Shown here piece after piece: positions 1-8,892 of a stretch of DNA of 51,123 nucleotides; the first letter of the stretch is position 1, and every line of letters starts with the position of its first letter. The DNA lies in the NCBI GenBank assembly GCA_010028905.1, contig RGZZ01000001.1, positions 1-51,123 of the forward strand, in the 5' to 3' direction. Origin of the DNA: Pseudomonadota bacterium. GTDB taxonomy: Bacteria > Vulcanimicrobiota > Xenobia > RGZZ01. Below the pieces are notes generated by a model that saw only the letters and a list, made by a program, of their open reading frames with translations, was not told the DNA's origin and ran no database searches. The position numbers and the translations under genes were made by a program.

Positions 1-708
1 CAGATCGTGCACGATCTGCTCGTCGTCGGTCGCAAGTCGGGCGTCGAGCAGATCACGCCCTGCTTCCGCGGTGAGATCCCAGGCGGCTTTCACGATCAGT
101 GTGGCCACGGCGAGCGCGGCAACCGGGTCGACCCAGCTCAGCGAGACGGTGGGCCAGAGGTTCTTTCCGACGGTGATGACGCCAAGGCCAGCCATGACCC
201 CCGCGGAGGTGTAGACATCTGTGCGAAGATGCCAGGCATCCGCGCGCAGGGCGACAGAATCGGTCTCCTGCGCGATCTTGAAGAGCTTGCTCGATACCGC
301 GAGGTTGGCCGCGGCGGAGACCGCCATGACCACGATTCCCAGGAATGGCGACTCGATGGGCTCAGGCTGCATGAGCTTGTGCAGCGATTCGAACATGATC
401 CAGCCGGCACCGAGGAAGATGAGCAGCGCTTCAGCCACACCGCTCACGTTCTCTACCTTGCCATACCCGTAGGGGTGACGCTCATCTGCGGGAGCGTGGG
501 CGTAGCGGACGGCCGCAAGCGCAATGAACGAGGCGATGAGGTCGACACCGGAGTGCACGGCTTCAGACACGACCGCCACCGAACCGATGAAGATGCCCAC
601 TGCGAGCTTTGCGATCACGAGCGTGGAGTTCGATATCACCGAAAGGGTTGCGACGCTGCGCTTCTTGCGCTCGATCTCGCGTTGATCGGGGGGAGGTGGA
701 TTCAGCAT
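1..708 (-). CDS. Cation diffusion facilitator (CDF) family metal efflux transporter, partial (C-terminus runs off the left edge)
   Basis: Absent from the ORF track because it has no stop inside the window. My reverse-strand translation from ATG 708..706 reads MLNPPPPDQREIERKKRSVATLSVISNSTLVIAKLAVGIFIGSVAVVSEAVHSGVDLIASFIALAAVRYA..., which carries the CDF TM1-TM2 signature (GS.A..SEA.HS..D). The frame appeared open in my hand translation down to position 1. The ATG overlaps the sdaA stop (ATGCTGA). Confidence 0.8.
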   Translation of the reverse strand, partial: MLNPPPPDQREIERKKRSVATLSVISNSTLVIAKLAVGIFIGSVAVVSEAVHSGVDLIASFIALAAVRYAHAPADERHPYGYGKVENVSGVAEALLIFLGAGWIMFESLHKLMQPEPIESPFLGIVVMAVSAAANLAVSSKLFKIAQETDSVALRADAWHLRTDVYTSAGVMAGLGVITVGKNLWPTVSLSWVDPVAALAVATLIVKAAWDLTAEAGRDLLDARLATDDEQIVHDL

Positions 709-2108
709 TGCTTCACGTGCACGGCCAGCCCTCCGAGGGAGGTCTCCTTGTAGCGTCGCTGCATGTCACGCCCGGTCTCGAGCATCGTCTCGATGACCTG
801 GTCGAGCGAGACGCGGTGCTTTCCGCTTTCCTGGAGGGCGATGCGGCACGCGTTGAGGGCCTTCACCGCGCCCATGGCGTTGCGCTCGATGCAGGGGATC
901 TGAACAAGCCCGCCCACTGGATCGCACGTGAGCCCGAGGTTGTGCTCCATTCCGATCTCGGCGGCCTTCTCGACGTGGTGGTTGTCACCGCCCTGTGCGG
1001 CGGTCAGGCCTGCGGCGGCCATCGAGCAGGCCACGCCCACCTCGCCCTGACAGCCCACCTCCGCGCCAGAGATGGAGGCGTTCTCCTTGTAGATGGTTCC
1101 GATCACCGCGGCGGTGAGAAAGTATCGAAAGAGCCCGGCCTCGTCTGCGCCGGGCACGTAGCGCATGTAGTAGTGCGCCACGGCGGGGATGACTCCCGCG
1201 GCGCCATTCGTCGGCGCGGTCACGACCTGCGCGCCGGCCGCGTTCTGCTCGCTCACCGCGAGGGCGCAGGCGTTCACCCAGTCGAGGGCTTCGAGGGTGT
1301 CGAGGTACGGGCCGCATTCGACGTGGCGCTCCATGTTCGGCGCGCGTCGCATCACGTGCAGGCCGCCCGGGAGCTCGCCTTCGGTGCGCAGCCCGCGTCT
1401 CACGCAATCCTGCATGACCTGCCAGATCCGGCGCAGCCAGGTGTGGATCTCGTCGAGGGAATGCAGTGCCTTCTCGTTCTCGAGTCCCACCTCCCAGATC
1501 TGAAGCTGGTTTCGGTTGGCGATTTCGACCAGTGCCGCGGCGTTCTGGAACGGGTAGGGGACCGAGGGGAACGAGGACGCGGATCTGTCTTCGCCTTCGC
1601 GCACGATGGCGCCACCGCCCACCGAGTAGTAGCCCTGGGAGAGGAGAGGGGTGCCCGTCGCGTCAAGGGCGTCGAGGCGCATGCCGTTTGGATGGAGGGG
1701 CATGCGCTCGCGCTTGTGATAGTGGATGTGACGATCATGCTCAAAGGGCACGGGGTGGCTGCCGTGTAGCAGAAGGGTCTTCTGGGCAGCGATCTCGGCC
1801 ATCAGGGGCTCGACTGCGTCGGGATCGACCTTCTCAGGAGCGTGACCGGAGAGCCCCAGCACGACCGCGCGACCCGTGCCGTGTCCTGCGCCGGTCAGGC
1901 CCAGCGACCCGTACAGGTGCGTTTCGAGCCGCGCCACGCGGTTCAGCAGCCCCTGGTCTGCCAGCATCTCGACGAAGTGATGCGCGGCGCGCATCGGACC
2001 CGTGGTATGGGAACTCGAAGGCCCGATGCCGACCTTGAAGATCTCGAACAGACTGGTTCTCAATGTGCCGTCTCCACAGTGAAGTGGTTTCTCCTCTGTC
2101 GCGCACAC
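702..2108 (-). CDS. sdaA: L-serine ammonia-lyase (iron-sulfur L-serine dehydratase, single-chain type)
   Basis: 468-aa ORF. SLFEIFKVGIGPSSSHTTGPMRAAHHF at the N-terminus and GAEVGCQGEVGVACSMAAAGL / CDPVGGLVQIPCIERNA near the C-terminus are conserved SdaA motifs. Confidence 0.93.
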   Translation of the reverse strand: MCATEEKPLHCGDGTLRTSLFEIFKVGIGPSSSHTTGPMRAAHHFVEMLADQGLLNRVARLETHLYGSLGLTGAGHGTGRAVVLGLSGHAPEKVDPDAVEPLMAEIAAQKTLLLHGSHPVPFEHDRHIHYHKRERMPLHPNGMRLDALDATGTPLLSQGYYSVGGGAIVREGEDRSASSFPSVPYPFQNAAALVEIANRNQLQIWEVGLENEKALHSLDEIHTWLRRIWQVMQDCVRRGLRTEGELPGGLHVMRRAPNMERHVECGPYLDTLEALDWVNACALAVSEQNAAGAQVVTAPTNGAAGVIPAVAHYYMRYVPGADEAGLFRYFLTAAVIGTIYKENASISGAEVGCQGEVGVACSMAAAGLTAAQGGDNHHVEKAAEIGMEHNLGLTCDPVGGLVQIPCIERNAMGAVKALNACRIALQESGKHRVSLDQVIETMLETGRDMQRRYKETSLGGLAVHVKQC

Positions 2109-2150
2109 TCCCGCCGCGCGCTCTGCCCCCCTGTGACTCCGGCGTCGAGC

Positions 2151-2861
2151 TCAGCCCAGGTGCTGGCGAAGGAAGCCAAGGGTCATGTTCCAGGCTTGCA
2201 CAGCCGCTTCCTGATTGTAGCTGGCGCGGGCGTCGCAGTTGAACCCGTGGTCGGCGTCTGAGAACTCGACGCTCACGAACGGCTTGCCCGCTCTTCGGAG
2301 TGGCTCTGTGGCAAGCGCCCGCGCGTCGAGGTCGATGAACCTGTCGAGCCCGCCCCAGAAGAAGAGCTGGGGGCCGTGAACCCGGGTGGCAAAGTCGTCG
2401 CCAGCAAATTTCCCCAGGTAGGCTGTGCTGCCGTAGTATGACACCGCGCACGCGAGGGGAAGCTGGGCGTTGGCCACCACGGAGAGAAGCCCGCCGAAGC
2501 AGAAACCAACCGCGGCGACGCGATGCGTGGGGCAGTTCTCGTTGAGCCATTGGTGCGCGGCCGAGAGGTCTGCGGCCATGCCCTCTGGCGTCGTTGCAAA
2601 GGCGTGCTTGCGTGCGCCGTCGAGGTCGTCGTACTGCCCCTGGAACCAGGGCGCCGTGCGGTGGAAGAGGTCGGGGGCGAGGGCGAGGTAGCCTTCTTGG
2701 GCAAATCGGTCGGTGACGTCCCTGATGTGGGAATTCACGCCGAACACCTCCTGGATCACGAGGATCGCTCCCCCTCTGGCATCTGCGGGGGCGGGGTAGG
2801 CCACGTGGGCTTCCATGAGAGTGCCGTCAGAGACGGGGATGGAGCGCTTCTCGTTCGTCAT
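2151..2861 (-). CDS. Dienelactone hydrolase family protein
   Basis: 236 aa. ILVIQEVFGVNSHIRDVTDRFAQEGYLALAPDLF, nucleophile-elbow-like GFCFGG and C-terminal ADHGF are typical of the DLH alpha/beta-hydrolase family. Confidence 0.85.
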   Translation of the reverse strand: MTNEKRSIPVSDGTLMEAHVAYPAPADARGGAILVIQEVFGVNSHIRDVTDRFAQEGYLALAPDLFHRTAPWFQGQYDDLDGARKHAFATTPEGMAADLSAAHQWLNENCPTHRVAAVGFCFGGLLSVVANAQLPLACAVSYYGSTAYLGKFAGDDFATRVHGPQLFFWGGLDRFIDLDARALATEPLRRAGKPFVSVEFSDADHGFNCDARASYNQEAAVQAWNMTLGFLRQHLG

Positions 2862-2933
2862 GGCCAGGGGCTTCCCCAGCCACCTTTTATTCCCTCCAGT
2901 GCCAGGCAGAGGTCGCGGAAGCCCACACGAGAG

Positions 2934-2967
2934 CGAAAACGCCCCTCCCGCACAGCAGGAGGGGCGT
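2934..2967 (-). terminator. Rho-independent terminator downstream of the Cys-rich small ORF
   Basis: On the minus strand, ACGCCCCTCC-(loop)-GGAGGGGCGT is a 10-bp GC-rich stem (plus coordinates 2939-2948 and 2958-2967). It is followed by TTTTCGC and lies about 50 nt after the stop at 3020. Confidence 0.6.
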
Positions 2968-3019
2968 CTGGATCAGGACAGGCCTGACACGTCTCTTCTC
3001 AGAGGAAGTGGGTCAGCTG

Positions 3020-3283
3020 TCAGTGCTCCAGGAAGAGCGGTCCGGATACCGTGCAGCAGGGACATCCGGCGGGGTGCTTGTCTGCCTTGACGGTGGTGCA
3101 GCAGGGACATCCGGCGGGGTGCGACTTGGGACGGGCAGGGACGCAGCAGGCGCAGCCTGACCCGTGGGCCCCGAGGCGAACCGAGTCTTGATTCGGGGCG
3201 AGCCCGGCAGGTCGGTTGGCCGATGCAGTCGTTGCCGAGAAACGGGGAACGGCGGGAGAGGTTCCGACGCGAAGGTCTGTCAT
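3020..3283 (-). CDS. Small Cys-rich repeat protein (87 aa), function unknown; metal-binding or peptide-precursor-like
   Basis: ATG start and GC-rich third codon positions. The C-terminal 45 residues hold nine Cys as three CxCC clusters (GCACC, GCPCC, GCPCC) at a 15-residue period. A dedicated terminator lies downstream. The SD is only weak (AAGGG about 11 nt upstream). Confidence 0.5.
   Translation of the reverse strand: MTDLRVGTSPAVPRFSATTASANRPAGLAPNQDSVRLGAHGSGCACCVPARPKSHPAGCPCCTTVKADKHPAGCPCCTVSGPLFLEH
3051..3122. repeat. Perfect 27-nt direct repeat, two copies at 45-nt period
   Basis: gtgcagcagggacatccggcggggtgc occurs at 3051-3077 and again at 3096-3122. A degenerate third copy follows at about 3131-3160. 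It encodes HPAGCPCCT on the minus strand. Confidence 0.9.
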
Positions 3284-3416
3284 GGTCTTCTACCCTTTCT
3301 GCAATTCGAGGTCTTGCGCAGAGCGTAGCAGATCTCGAGACCCGGAGTGGTAGCGAAGATATGAACATCACGACACGCGCGCTTCACGATGGCGCAACCG
3401 GATGACGCGTTGGTCT

Positions 3417-3872
3417 TCAGTGGGTCGTCGGCGGAGCGTTCGCCTCGTTGGTGCGCACCGGCCGGATCAACGTCTTGTTGGCCCGCACATAGCATCCGAG
3501 GGCTTCACCGCTTGCGGCGCGCACCCGCATCCAGGGTCTTCCTCCGGCATCTCGCGCATTGATGAAGACCTCGTCTGCGCCCCCTCGGCCGACATCGGCC
3601 TGTATGATCGACCCTTTGGCAAACGTTCGCACAACACTCCCTCCTCCTGGGCGGGATCGCCCTTCCGCGCTCCGGCTCACCACCCGCCAGAGCGACCCGG
3701 GCATCAGGGTTCTCGCAGGAACCCTCCCCGTGACGTACCCCACGTTTCTCGCCCAGTCGCCGCGTGCGTCAGCACGAGGAGTTTCCTCGAGCGGCGCGCC
3801 ATCCTGGGCGAATGCCGTCGAGCCCAGGCAGAGGGCACTTACCAGCGCGAACAAGAGTAGCAGTCGGTGCAT
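3417..3872 (-). CDS. Secreted protein, possibly bacterial SH3-like domain
   Basis: Start trimmed to the internal ATG at 3872, which has GGAGG 7 nt upstream. Signal peptide MHRLLLLFALVSALCLGSTAFA. The C-terminal part (…GSIIQADVG…RPWMRVRAASGEALGCYVRANK) resembles SH3b. Confidence 0.65.
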   Translation of the reverse strand: MHRLLLLFALVSALCLGSTAFAQDGAPLEETPRADARGDWARNVGYVTGRVPARTLMPGSLWRVVSRSAEGRSRPGGGSVVRTFAKGSIIQADVGRGGADEVFINARDAGGRPWMRVRAASGEALGCYVRANKTLIRPVRTNEANAPPTTH

Positions 3873-4073
3873 GGCACGACCTCCGTTTCGTCGGGGATAC
3901 GTTCGAGCTTCGTTGCTGTTGCTGTTCCGCAATGCCCTGCCAGCAGCGCCGGATTGTTACGATACGGAAACACATCGGCAACACGATCGGGGTGGGTTCA
4001 CAATTCGTTTACAAGGCCGCGGTTGTCATCAGCCCCCGGTTTTCGTACCATGACATCATAGAAAGGAAGCAGC

Positions 4074-4355
4074 ATGCGTATCGAGAGCCCGGTTTTGATC
4101 ACCCAGGTGCCGTCAACGGTCTTTGGCGCGTACATCGCCCCCGTCTACGACGGTCTGCGCGAGCTGCTGCGTGAGCGATGCCTTCCCTCCTTTGTGGAGG
4201 TTCTCGTGATCAGCGCCCTGGGCATGTTCTGCGGTTTCATGCTCATCGCCTACGCCCTTCAGGCCATTCTCGTGGCGTGCGTCATGGCGGTGGGCACCAC
4301 GTGGGGCATGGTTCTCGGGCTTCTTATGGATCGGCTCTACCAGGCGCAACTATAG
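4074..4355 (+). CDS. Small integral membrane protein (93 aa), unknown function
   Basis: AGGAAG SD upstream of the ATG, good GC3 codon usage, and two hydrophobic helices (VLVISALGMFCGFMLIAYAL; VACVMAVGTTWGMVLGLL). Confidence 0.65.
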   Translation: MRIESPVLITQVPSTVFGAYIAPVYDGLRELLRERCLPSFVEVLVISALGMFCGFMLIAYALQAILVACVMAVGTTWGMVLGLLMDRLYQAQL

Positions 4356-4384
4356 CGCGCCGGAACCCTTGGAGCGATTTCCGA

Positions 4385-4573
4385 TCAAACCAGGGGTTCG
4401 CGCTCCTTCTTGAGCCGCTCGTTCTCCTCGGCTTCGTGAATGATGCGCAGCAGGCTCTCTCCCTTGTACCGGCTCTCCATGATCTTCTGCTTCTCCTCGA
4501 GAGCGCGAACCTGAGACTCCAGGCGCGAGATGCGATCGCGAAGCATGTCGAAATCGCGGCGTGTGAATGACAT
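4385..4573 (-). CDS. Small coiled-coil protein (62 aa), unknown function
   Basis: Start trimmed to ATG 4573, preceded by GGAGG. Sequence MSFTRRDFDMLRDRISRLESQVRALEEKQKIMESRYKGE... has heptad-like spacing. Confidence 0.5.
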   Translation of the reverse strand: MSFTRRDFDMLRDRISRLESQVRALEEKQKIMESRYKGESLLRIIHEAEENERLKKEREPLV

Positions 4574-4685
4574 CGCAGTGGTCCTCCGGCAAGAAGTGAC
4601 GTGCGGCGCTGGCCACACGCTACAAGCGATGCGTTCGATCTGCCCGCACTGCAAATCCTGCCCGGGCGTTTCACCCGGATGTGGG

Positions 4686-5354
4686 CTACTGCTTCCAGAA
4701 CTGCCAGAACGGGGGCGGCGGAGCAGGCGCCCGGGTCTCCCGGTTCAGATACCACCACCAGTTCTGTCGCGGTGGGTCATTGATGATCTGGTACTGCTTG
4801 AAGTTCGCCCAGCCGATCTCGTCGACGAGGGCCTGGGCACGCCGTCTCACCTCGTCATCGAGCTCGACGGTGCGCAGCCAGTGCGCGGAGATCTCCGTGC
4901 CCGCGGTGGTCAGCTCATCGAGCAGGTCTTGCACCTCGTCGCGATAGTACAGCACCATGGGGGCGGCGACCCCGTTCTCGCCGATGTTCATGACAAAGCG
5001 ACCGTAGTCTTCGAGCACCTCATCGAGGTATTCGAGGGCTTCCTGGATCTCTTTCTTGCTCTTCAGGGGGGGCAGGGGTGCCCCATCGAGCGAGGGGTCG
5101 TCTTCGGGGCCGGGAGGCCCGTCTACCGCGGGACGAGCGCCTGGGCGTGACGCCTCCTGCTGCTTGCGGAAGGCGTCGAGGGCATCGCGCAGCTTCTGCT
5201 TCGGGTCATCTGCAGAATCGCCGTTGGCTGCCTCTGACGAGGGGGATGCGCTACTGGCGGGTCGCGAGGGGCTTGAGCGTCCGAGCAGGCCGCTCTCTCT
5301 CTCCTTCTGGCTGCGCTTCTCGCGCAGCCGCTCCCACATCTCGCGGTCATCCAT
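4686..5354 (-). CDS. Hypothetical protein (222 aa): disordered acidic/Pro-rich N-half, Trp-rich C-terminus
   Basis: Its ATG overlaps the ispD stop (ATGA at 5354). Good codon usage. C-terminus reads NWWWYLNRETRAPAPPPPFWQFWKQ. I do not recognise a family. Confidence 0.7.
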   Translation of the reverse strand: MDDREMWERLREKRSQKERESGLLGRSSPSRPASSASPSSEAANGDSADDPKQKLRDALDAFRKQQEASRPGARPAVDGPPGPEDDPSLDGAPLPPLKSKKEIQEALEYLDEVLEDYGRFVMNIGENGVAAPMVLYYRDEVQDLLDELTTAGTEISAHWLRTVELDDEVRRRAQALVDEIGWANFKQYQIINDPPRQNWWWYLNRETRAPAPPPPFWQFWKQ

Positions 5355-6088
5355 CAGCGCGCTTCACGCCTCGCCAGGATTCCCTCGAGCATCACCAGAT
5401 CTTCCGGCGTCGTGATCTTCAGGTTCTCGTAGTCGCCGAGCACGACCCGAACAGGTTTGCCCGCGTACTCGACGAGCATGGCGTCATCGGTGGCGCTGAA
5501 CCCTGCTCCCTCGGCGGTGGCGTGGGCTGAGAGAAGGGTCTTCAGCGGGAAGACCTGCGGCGTCTGGGCCACCATCATCTGCTCGCGCGGGACGGTCTCG
5601 AGCACGACGTCTCCGGAAACGCGCTTCAGCGTCTCCTTCGCGGGCACGCAGAGCAGCGCCCCGCCTCCACTCGTGAGCGCTTCTGCGTCGGCGGCGTCGA
5701 ACACCGCGCTGAGCCGTTCCGCGGTGATGAGCGGTCTGGCCCCGTCGTGGATCGCCACCAGAGGATCGCCCGCCGCGTCCTTGTCATGCGTCGCGACGTG
5801 ACGCAGAGCGAGATGCACCGACTCCTGGCGCTCGCGCCCCCCGAGAATCACGGCGGCCACCTTGGTCAGACCCTCGGCGACGATCAGGGCGTGGTAGGTC
5901 TCCAGGTCGTCTTCTGACGCGGTGATGTAGATGCGCGCAACGCGCGGGTGGCTCTCAAAGGCACCCAGCGTGTGTGCGAGCACGGTGCGTCCGCCGGCTT
6001 CGAGGAGCAGCTTGTTTGTCGACGTGCCGGCCGCGGCCATGCGGCGACTTCGTCCGGCGGCGACGACGATGACGAGGAGGGTCGTCAC
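5354..6088 (-). CDS. ispD: 2-C-methyl-D-erythritol 4-phosphate cytidylyltransferase
   Basis: VIVVAAGRSRRM…NKLLLEAGG at the N-terminus and IHDGARPL are IspD motifs. GTG start overlaps the upstream stop (GTGA). Confidence 0.9.
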   Translation of the reverse strand: MTTLLVIVVAAGRSRRMAAAGTSTNKLLLEAGGRTVLAHTLGAFESHPRVARIYITASEDDLETYHALIVAEGLTKVAAVILGGRERQESVHLALRHVATHDKDAAGDPLVAIHDGARPLITAERLSAVFDAADAEALTSGGGALLCVPAKETLKRVSGDVVLETVPREQMMVAQTPQVFPLKTLLSAHATAEGAGFSATDDAMLVEYAGKPVRVVLGDYENLKITTPEDLVMLEGILARREAR

Positions 6089-7191
6089 GAAGAGCTGCCT
6101 CCGGCCACGGGCCGTAGCCGAGCGAAGACCATCTTGCCCGCATGGGTCTGGAGAACGCTTGTCACCTCTACCGTGACCTGGCTGCCGAGATGGCGGCGGC
6201 CCTCCTCGACGACGACCATCGTGCCGTCATCGAGGTAGCCCACCCCTTGCCCCGACTCCTTGCCTTCCTTCACGAGCTGCACCGCCATGGTCTCTCCAGC
6301 AAGGGCGACGGGCTTCACGGCGTTGGCCAGCTCGTTGATGTTGAGCACCTTCACGCCTTGCAGGCCGGCCACGCGGTTGAGATTGAAATCGGTGGTGACC
6401 AGCGTCAGCCCTCCTTCCTGGGCAAGTCGAACCAGCTTCGAATCGACGCCGCTCACGTCTGGCACGTCCTTGTCGAGGATCTGGGCGTTGTAGTCACGTT
6501 GCAGGGTCTCGAGCAGCCCGAGTCCGCGTCGGCCACGCGCGCGTTTTCGAGAATCGGAGGCGTCTGCCACCTGCTGAAGCTCTTCGAGCACGAAGCGGGG
6601 GACGAGGAGAGCGCCTTCCAGAAAGCCGGCGCGTGCGATATCAATGATGCGACCGTCGATGATGACACTCGTGTCGAGCAGCTTCGGCAGGCCGGGCTGC
6701 GCCAGTGAGATGAGGCTGTTGCGTGGCGGCATCAACGTGCTCATGGCGTGGGTAACGCCGACCCGCACACCGAAGAAGCCGCCGAGCCCCGCCCAGAACA
6801 CCGTGAACACGATGACCAGGAGCGGCGCGAGCAGCGGGCCCAGATAGGGGATTCGCTGCAAGGAGAGGCTCGTGATGAGCAGGCTGGTGAAGAAGGCGAC
6901 CACGAGCCCGAACACCAGGCCCACCGCGCCGAGCACGATCTGCTGCAGCGAGAGCTGCTCGAGGCGTATCGAGACAACGCCGATGACCCGGAGAAGCCAT
7001 CGCGAGACAACGGGTGCGACAGCGAGCCCGAGCAGAATGCCCAGGCAGATGAGTGCAAAGCTGTTGAGAAGCCGCGCCGGAGGCGTCAGTCCGCCGTAGA
7101 AATCGCTGGTCGCCTGCGCGGCGCTCCAGCCCAGGAGACCGCCGAAGGTGGCGAGGATGACGCTGAGAATTGCTCGCACGGCATTGCCCAC
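6085..7191 (-). CDS. yacL: PIN/TRAM domain membrane protein (YacL-like)
   Basis: Four N-terminal TM helices, a PIN domain (LLDTSVIIDGRIIDIARAGFLEG…) and a C-terminal TRAM-like beta domain (VTVEVTSVLQTHAGKMVFARL). GTG start with GGAGAGGAGGA upstream. Confidence 0.88.
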   Translation of the reverse strand: MGNAVRAILSVILATFGGLLGWSAAQATSDFYGGLTPPARLLNSFALICLGILLGLAVAPVVSRWLLRVIGVVSIRLEQLSLQQIVLGAVGLVFGLVVAFFTSLLITSLSLQRIPYLGPLLAPLLVIVFTVFWAGLGGFFGVRVGVTHAMSTLMPPRNSLISLAQPGLPKLLDTSVIIDGRIIDIARAGFLEGALLVPRFVLEELQQVADASDSRKRARGRRGLGLLETLQRDYNAQILDKDVPDVSGVDSKLVRLAQEGGLTLVTTDFNLNRVAGLQGVKVLNINELANAVKPVALAGETMAVQLVKEGKESGQGVGYLDDGTMVVVEEGRRHLGSQVTVEVTSVLQTHAGKMVFARLRPVAGGSSS

Positions 7192-7321
7192 GCGGTCTCA
7201 TCCTCCTCTCCGCCTGATTCCGGCGCCCTGTCGTCTCGTTCCCCGCCGTGACATCAGACTCGGAGAGGCGTTCACTTTCGTCGATGACAGGGGGCAGGGG
7301 GTGTGGGCGTCGTCTTCGCGC

Positions 7322-8788
7322 TCACGTGTCAATCATCGAACCATCTTCGTCGCTCTGGGGTTGGGAATCCTGGATGCCTGTGCGGTGCGCGCGCGCGCCA
7401 TCTTGTTCCCGTGGCTTCGGCGGGGTCAGGCAGGCACGGAGGGCTTCACGGACAGTCTGCACCCCGTGCAGTCGCATCTCGCCGGTGTCGTGCAGACGAG
7501 CCTTCAGGTTCGAGGCGGGAAGGACGAGGTCGCGCACCCCCATGCGCGCGCATTCGGTGACTCTCTGCTGGGCGTGGGGCACGGCGCGTATCTCTCCCCC
7601 CAGGCCGATCTCCCCGATGACGGCAAACCCTTGCCTTATTGGCCGGTCGGTGGAGGTGGAGGCGATGGCCGCGACCACCCCGAGATCAGCTGCCGGCTCG
7701 TCGACCTCCATGCCGCCGGCGACGTTGACGAAAACGTCGGACTCTGAGAGGCGTAGGCGGCCGTGCTTCTCCATGACGGCCAGCAGCATCACGAGGCGAT
7801 TGCTCTCGATGCCCGTGGCGCGCCTTGCGGGGGTTCCGAACGCGGCTTTGTTGCAGAGGGCCTGAACCTCAACGAGCAGGGCGCGGGTGCCTTCCACCAC
7901 GGGGACCACGCACGACCCAGGGGCATCGCTGACCCGCTGGGAGAGGAAGAACTCTGATGCGTTCGGCACGTCGACAAGGCCCTGGCCCTGCATCTCGAAC
8001 AGCCCGACCTCGCTTGTCGAACCGAAGCGGTTCTTCACCGCCTTCAAGATGCGATAGCTCTGCAGGCGGTCACCTTCGAAGTAGAGCACGGTATCGACGA
8101 GGTGCTCCATGACCCGGGGACCCGCCAGCGAGCCTTCTTTTGTGACGTGACCCACGATGACGAAGGTGACGGCGCTTCCCTTGGCAACGCGCATGAGCGC
8201 GGCCGTGCACTCACGCACCTGAGACACGCTCCCTGGGGCGGACTCGATGGTGCTCGTGAACATTGTCTGGATCGAGTCGATCAGCACGAGGCGTGGCGCG
8301 TGCTCGCTCACGCTGGCGCGCACGGCCTCGAGCTCGATCTCGGCAAGGAGGCGCAGGCGATCTGTCTCGACGCCGAGGCGCTCGGCGCGCATGCGAACCT
8401 GCGCCAGCGACTCCTCGCCGCTCACGTAGAGCACCTCGTGTCCGGCGCGGCCCACGCCTTCCGCGATCTGCAGCAGCAGGGTCGATTTGCCGATGCCAGG
8501 GGGGCCGCCGACCAGGATCAGGGAGCCCGGCACGATCCCTCCCCCGGCAACGCGGTCGAACTCCCCCACGCCGCTGCGGAAGCGGGAATGGCTCTCGAGC
8601 GCGACGTTGCTGAGTCGCACGGCCTTCTGACCGCCGCTGTTCGGTGACAGCGAGGCACCAGAGCGCCCCGACGGGGCGATCTCTTCTGCCAGTGAGCTCC
8701 AGGCGCCGCACTCGGTGCAGCGGCCTTGCCACTTCACCGAGACCGCGCCGCACTGCTGGCAGACGTAGCGGGTTCTGGGCTTCGCCAC
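7322..8788 (-). CDS. radA: DNA repair protein RadA/Sms
   Basis: Zn finger YVCQQCGAVSVKWQGRCTECGAW, Walker A GGPPGIGKST, KNRFG motif (AVKNRFGST) and a Lon-protease-like C-domain. GTG start. Confidence 0.95.
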   Translation of the reverse strand: MAKPRTRYVCQQCGAVSVKWQGRCTECGAWSSLAEEIAPSGRSGASLSPNSGGQKAVRLSNVALESHSRFRSGVGEFDRVAGGGIVPGSLILVGGPPGIGKSTLLLQIAEGVGRAGHEVLYVSGEESLAQVRMRAERLGVETDRLRLLAEIELEAVRASVSEHAPRLVLIDSIQTMFTSTIESAPGSVSQVRECTAALMRVAKGSAVTFVIVGHVTKEGSLAGPRVMEHLVDTVLYFEGDRLQSYRILKAVKNRFGSTSEVGLFEMQGQGLVDVPNASEFFLSQRVSDAPGSCVVPVVEGTRALLVEVQALCNKAAFGTPARRATGIESNRLVMLLAVMEKHGRLRLSESDVFVNVAGGMEVDEPAADLGVVAAIASTSTDRPIRQGFAVIGEIGLGGEIRAVPHAQQRVTECARMGVRDLVLPASNLKARLHDTGEMRLHGVQTVREALRACLTPPKPREQDGARAHRTGIQDSQPQSDEDGSMIDT

Positions 8789-8862
8789 GAATCGCCCTCG
8801 CTTTCTTGTGTGCCGCCTCGCTCTTCATCAGGAGAACGAGACAAAGCAACGGGGCCCGAACG

Positions 8863-8892
8863 CTCGCGCACTCGGGCCCCGCCCTGTGGGGT
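8863..8892 (-). terminator. GC-rich hairpin between clpC and radA (possible terminator/attenuator)
   Basis: GGGGCCCGA (8863-8871) pairs with TCGGGCCCC (8884-8892) as a 9-bp stem. On the minus strand it is followed by the U-containing tract GTTGCTTTGTCTCGTTC. It lies just after the clpC stop. Confidence 0.4.

Noticed and set aside
3051-3160. CRISPR-like appearance of the 27-nt direct repeat with an 18-nt spacer
   Set aside because: Only two perfect copies, a spacer far too short, and a period of exactly 45 nt (15 codons) inside an open frame with sensible codon usage. It is a coding tandem repeat.
2973-3371. 132-aa minus-strand ORF in an alternative frame over the Cys-rich locus, plus the plus-strand ORFs 2815-3090 and 3223-3405
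   Set aside because: Arg/Ser/Pro-rich translations with no start context. The CxCC frame is the only one with a coherent repeat, and it is followed by a terminator.
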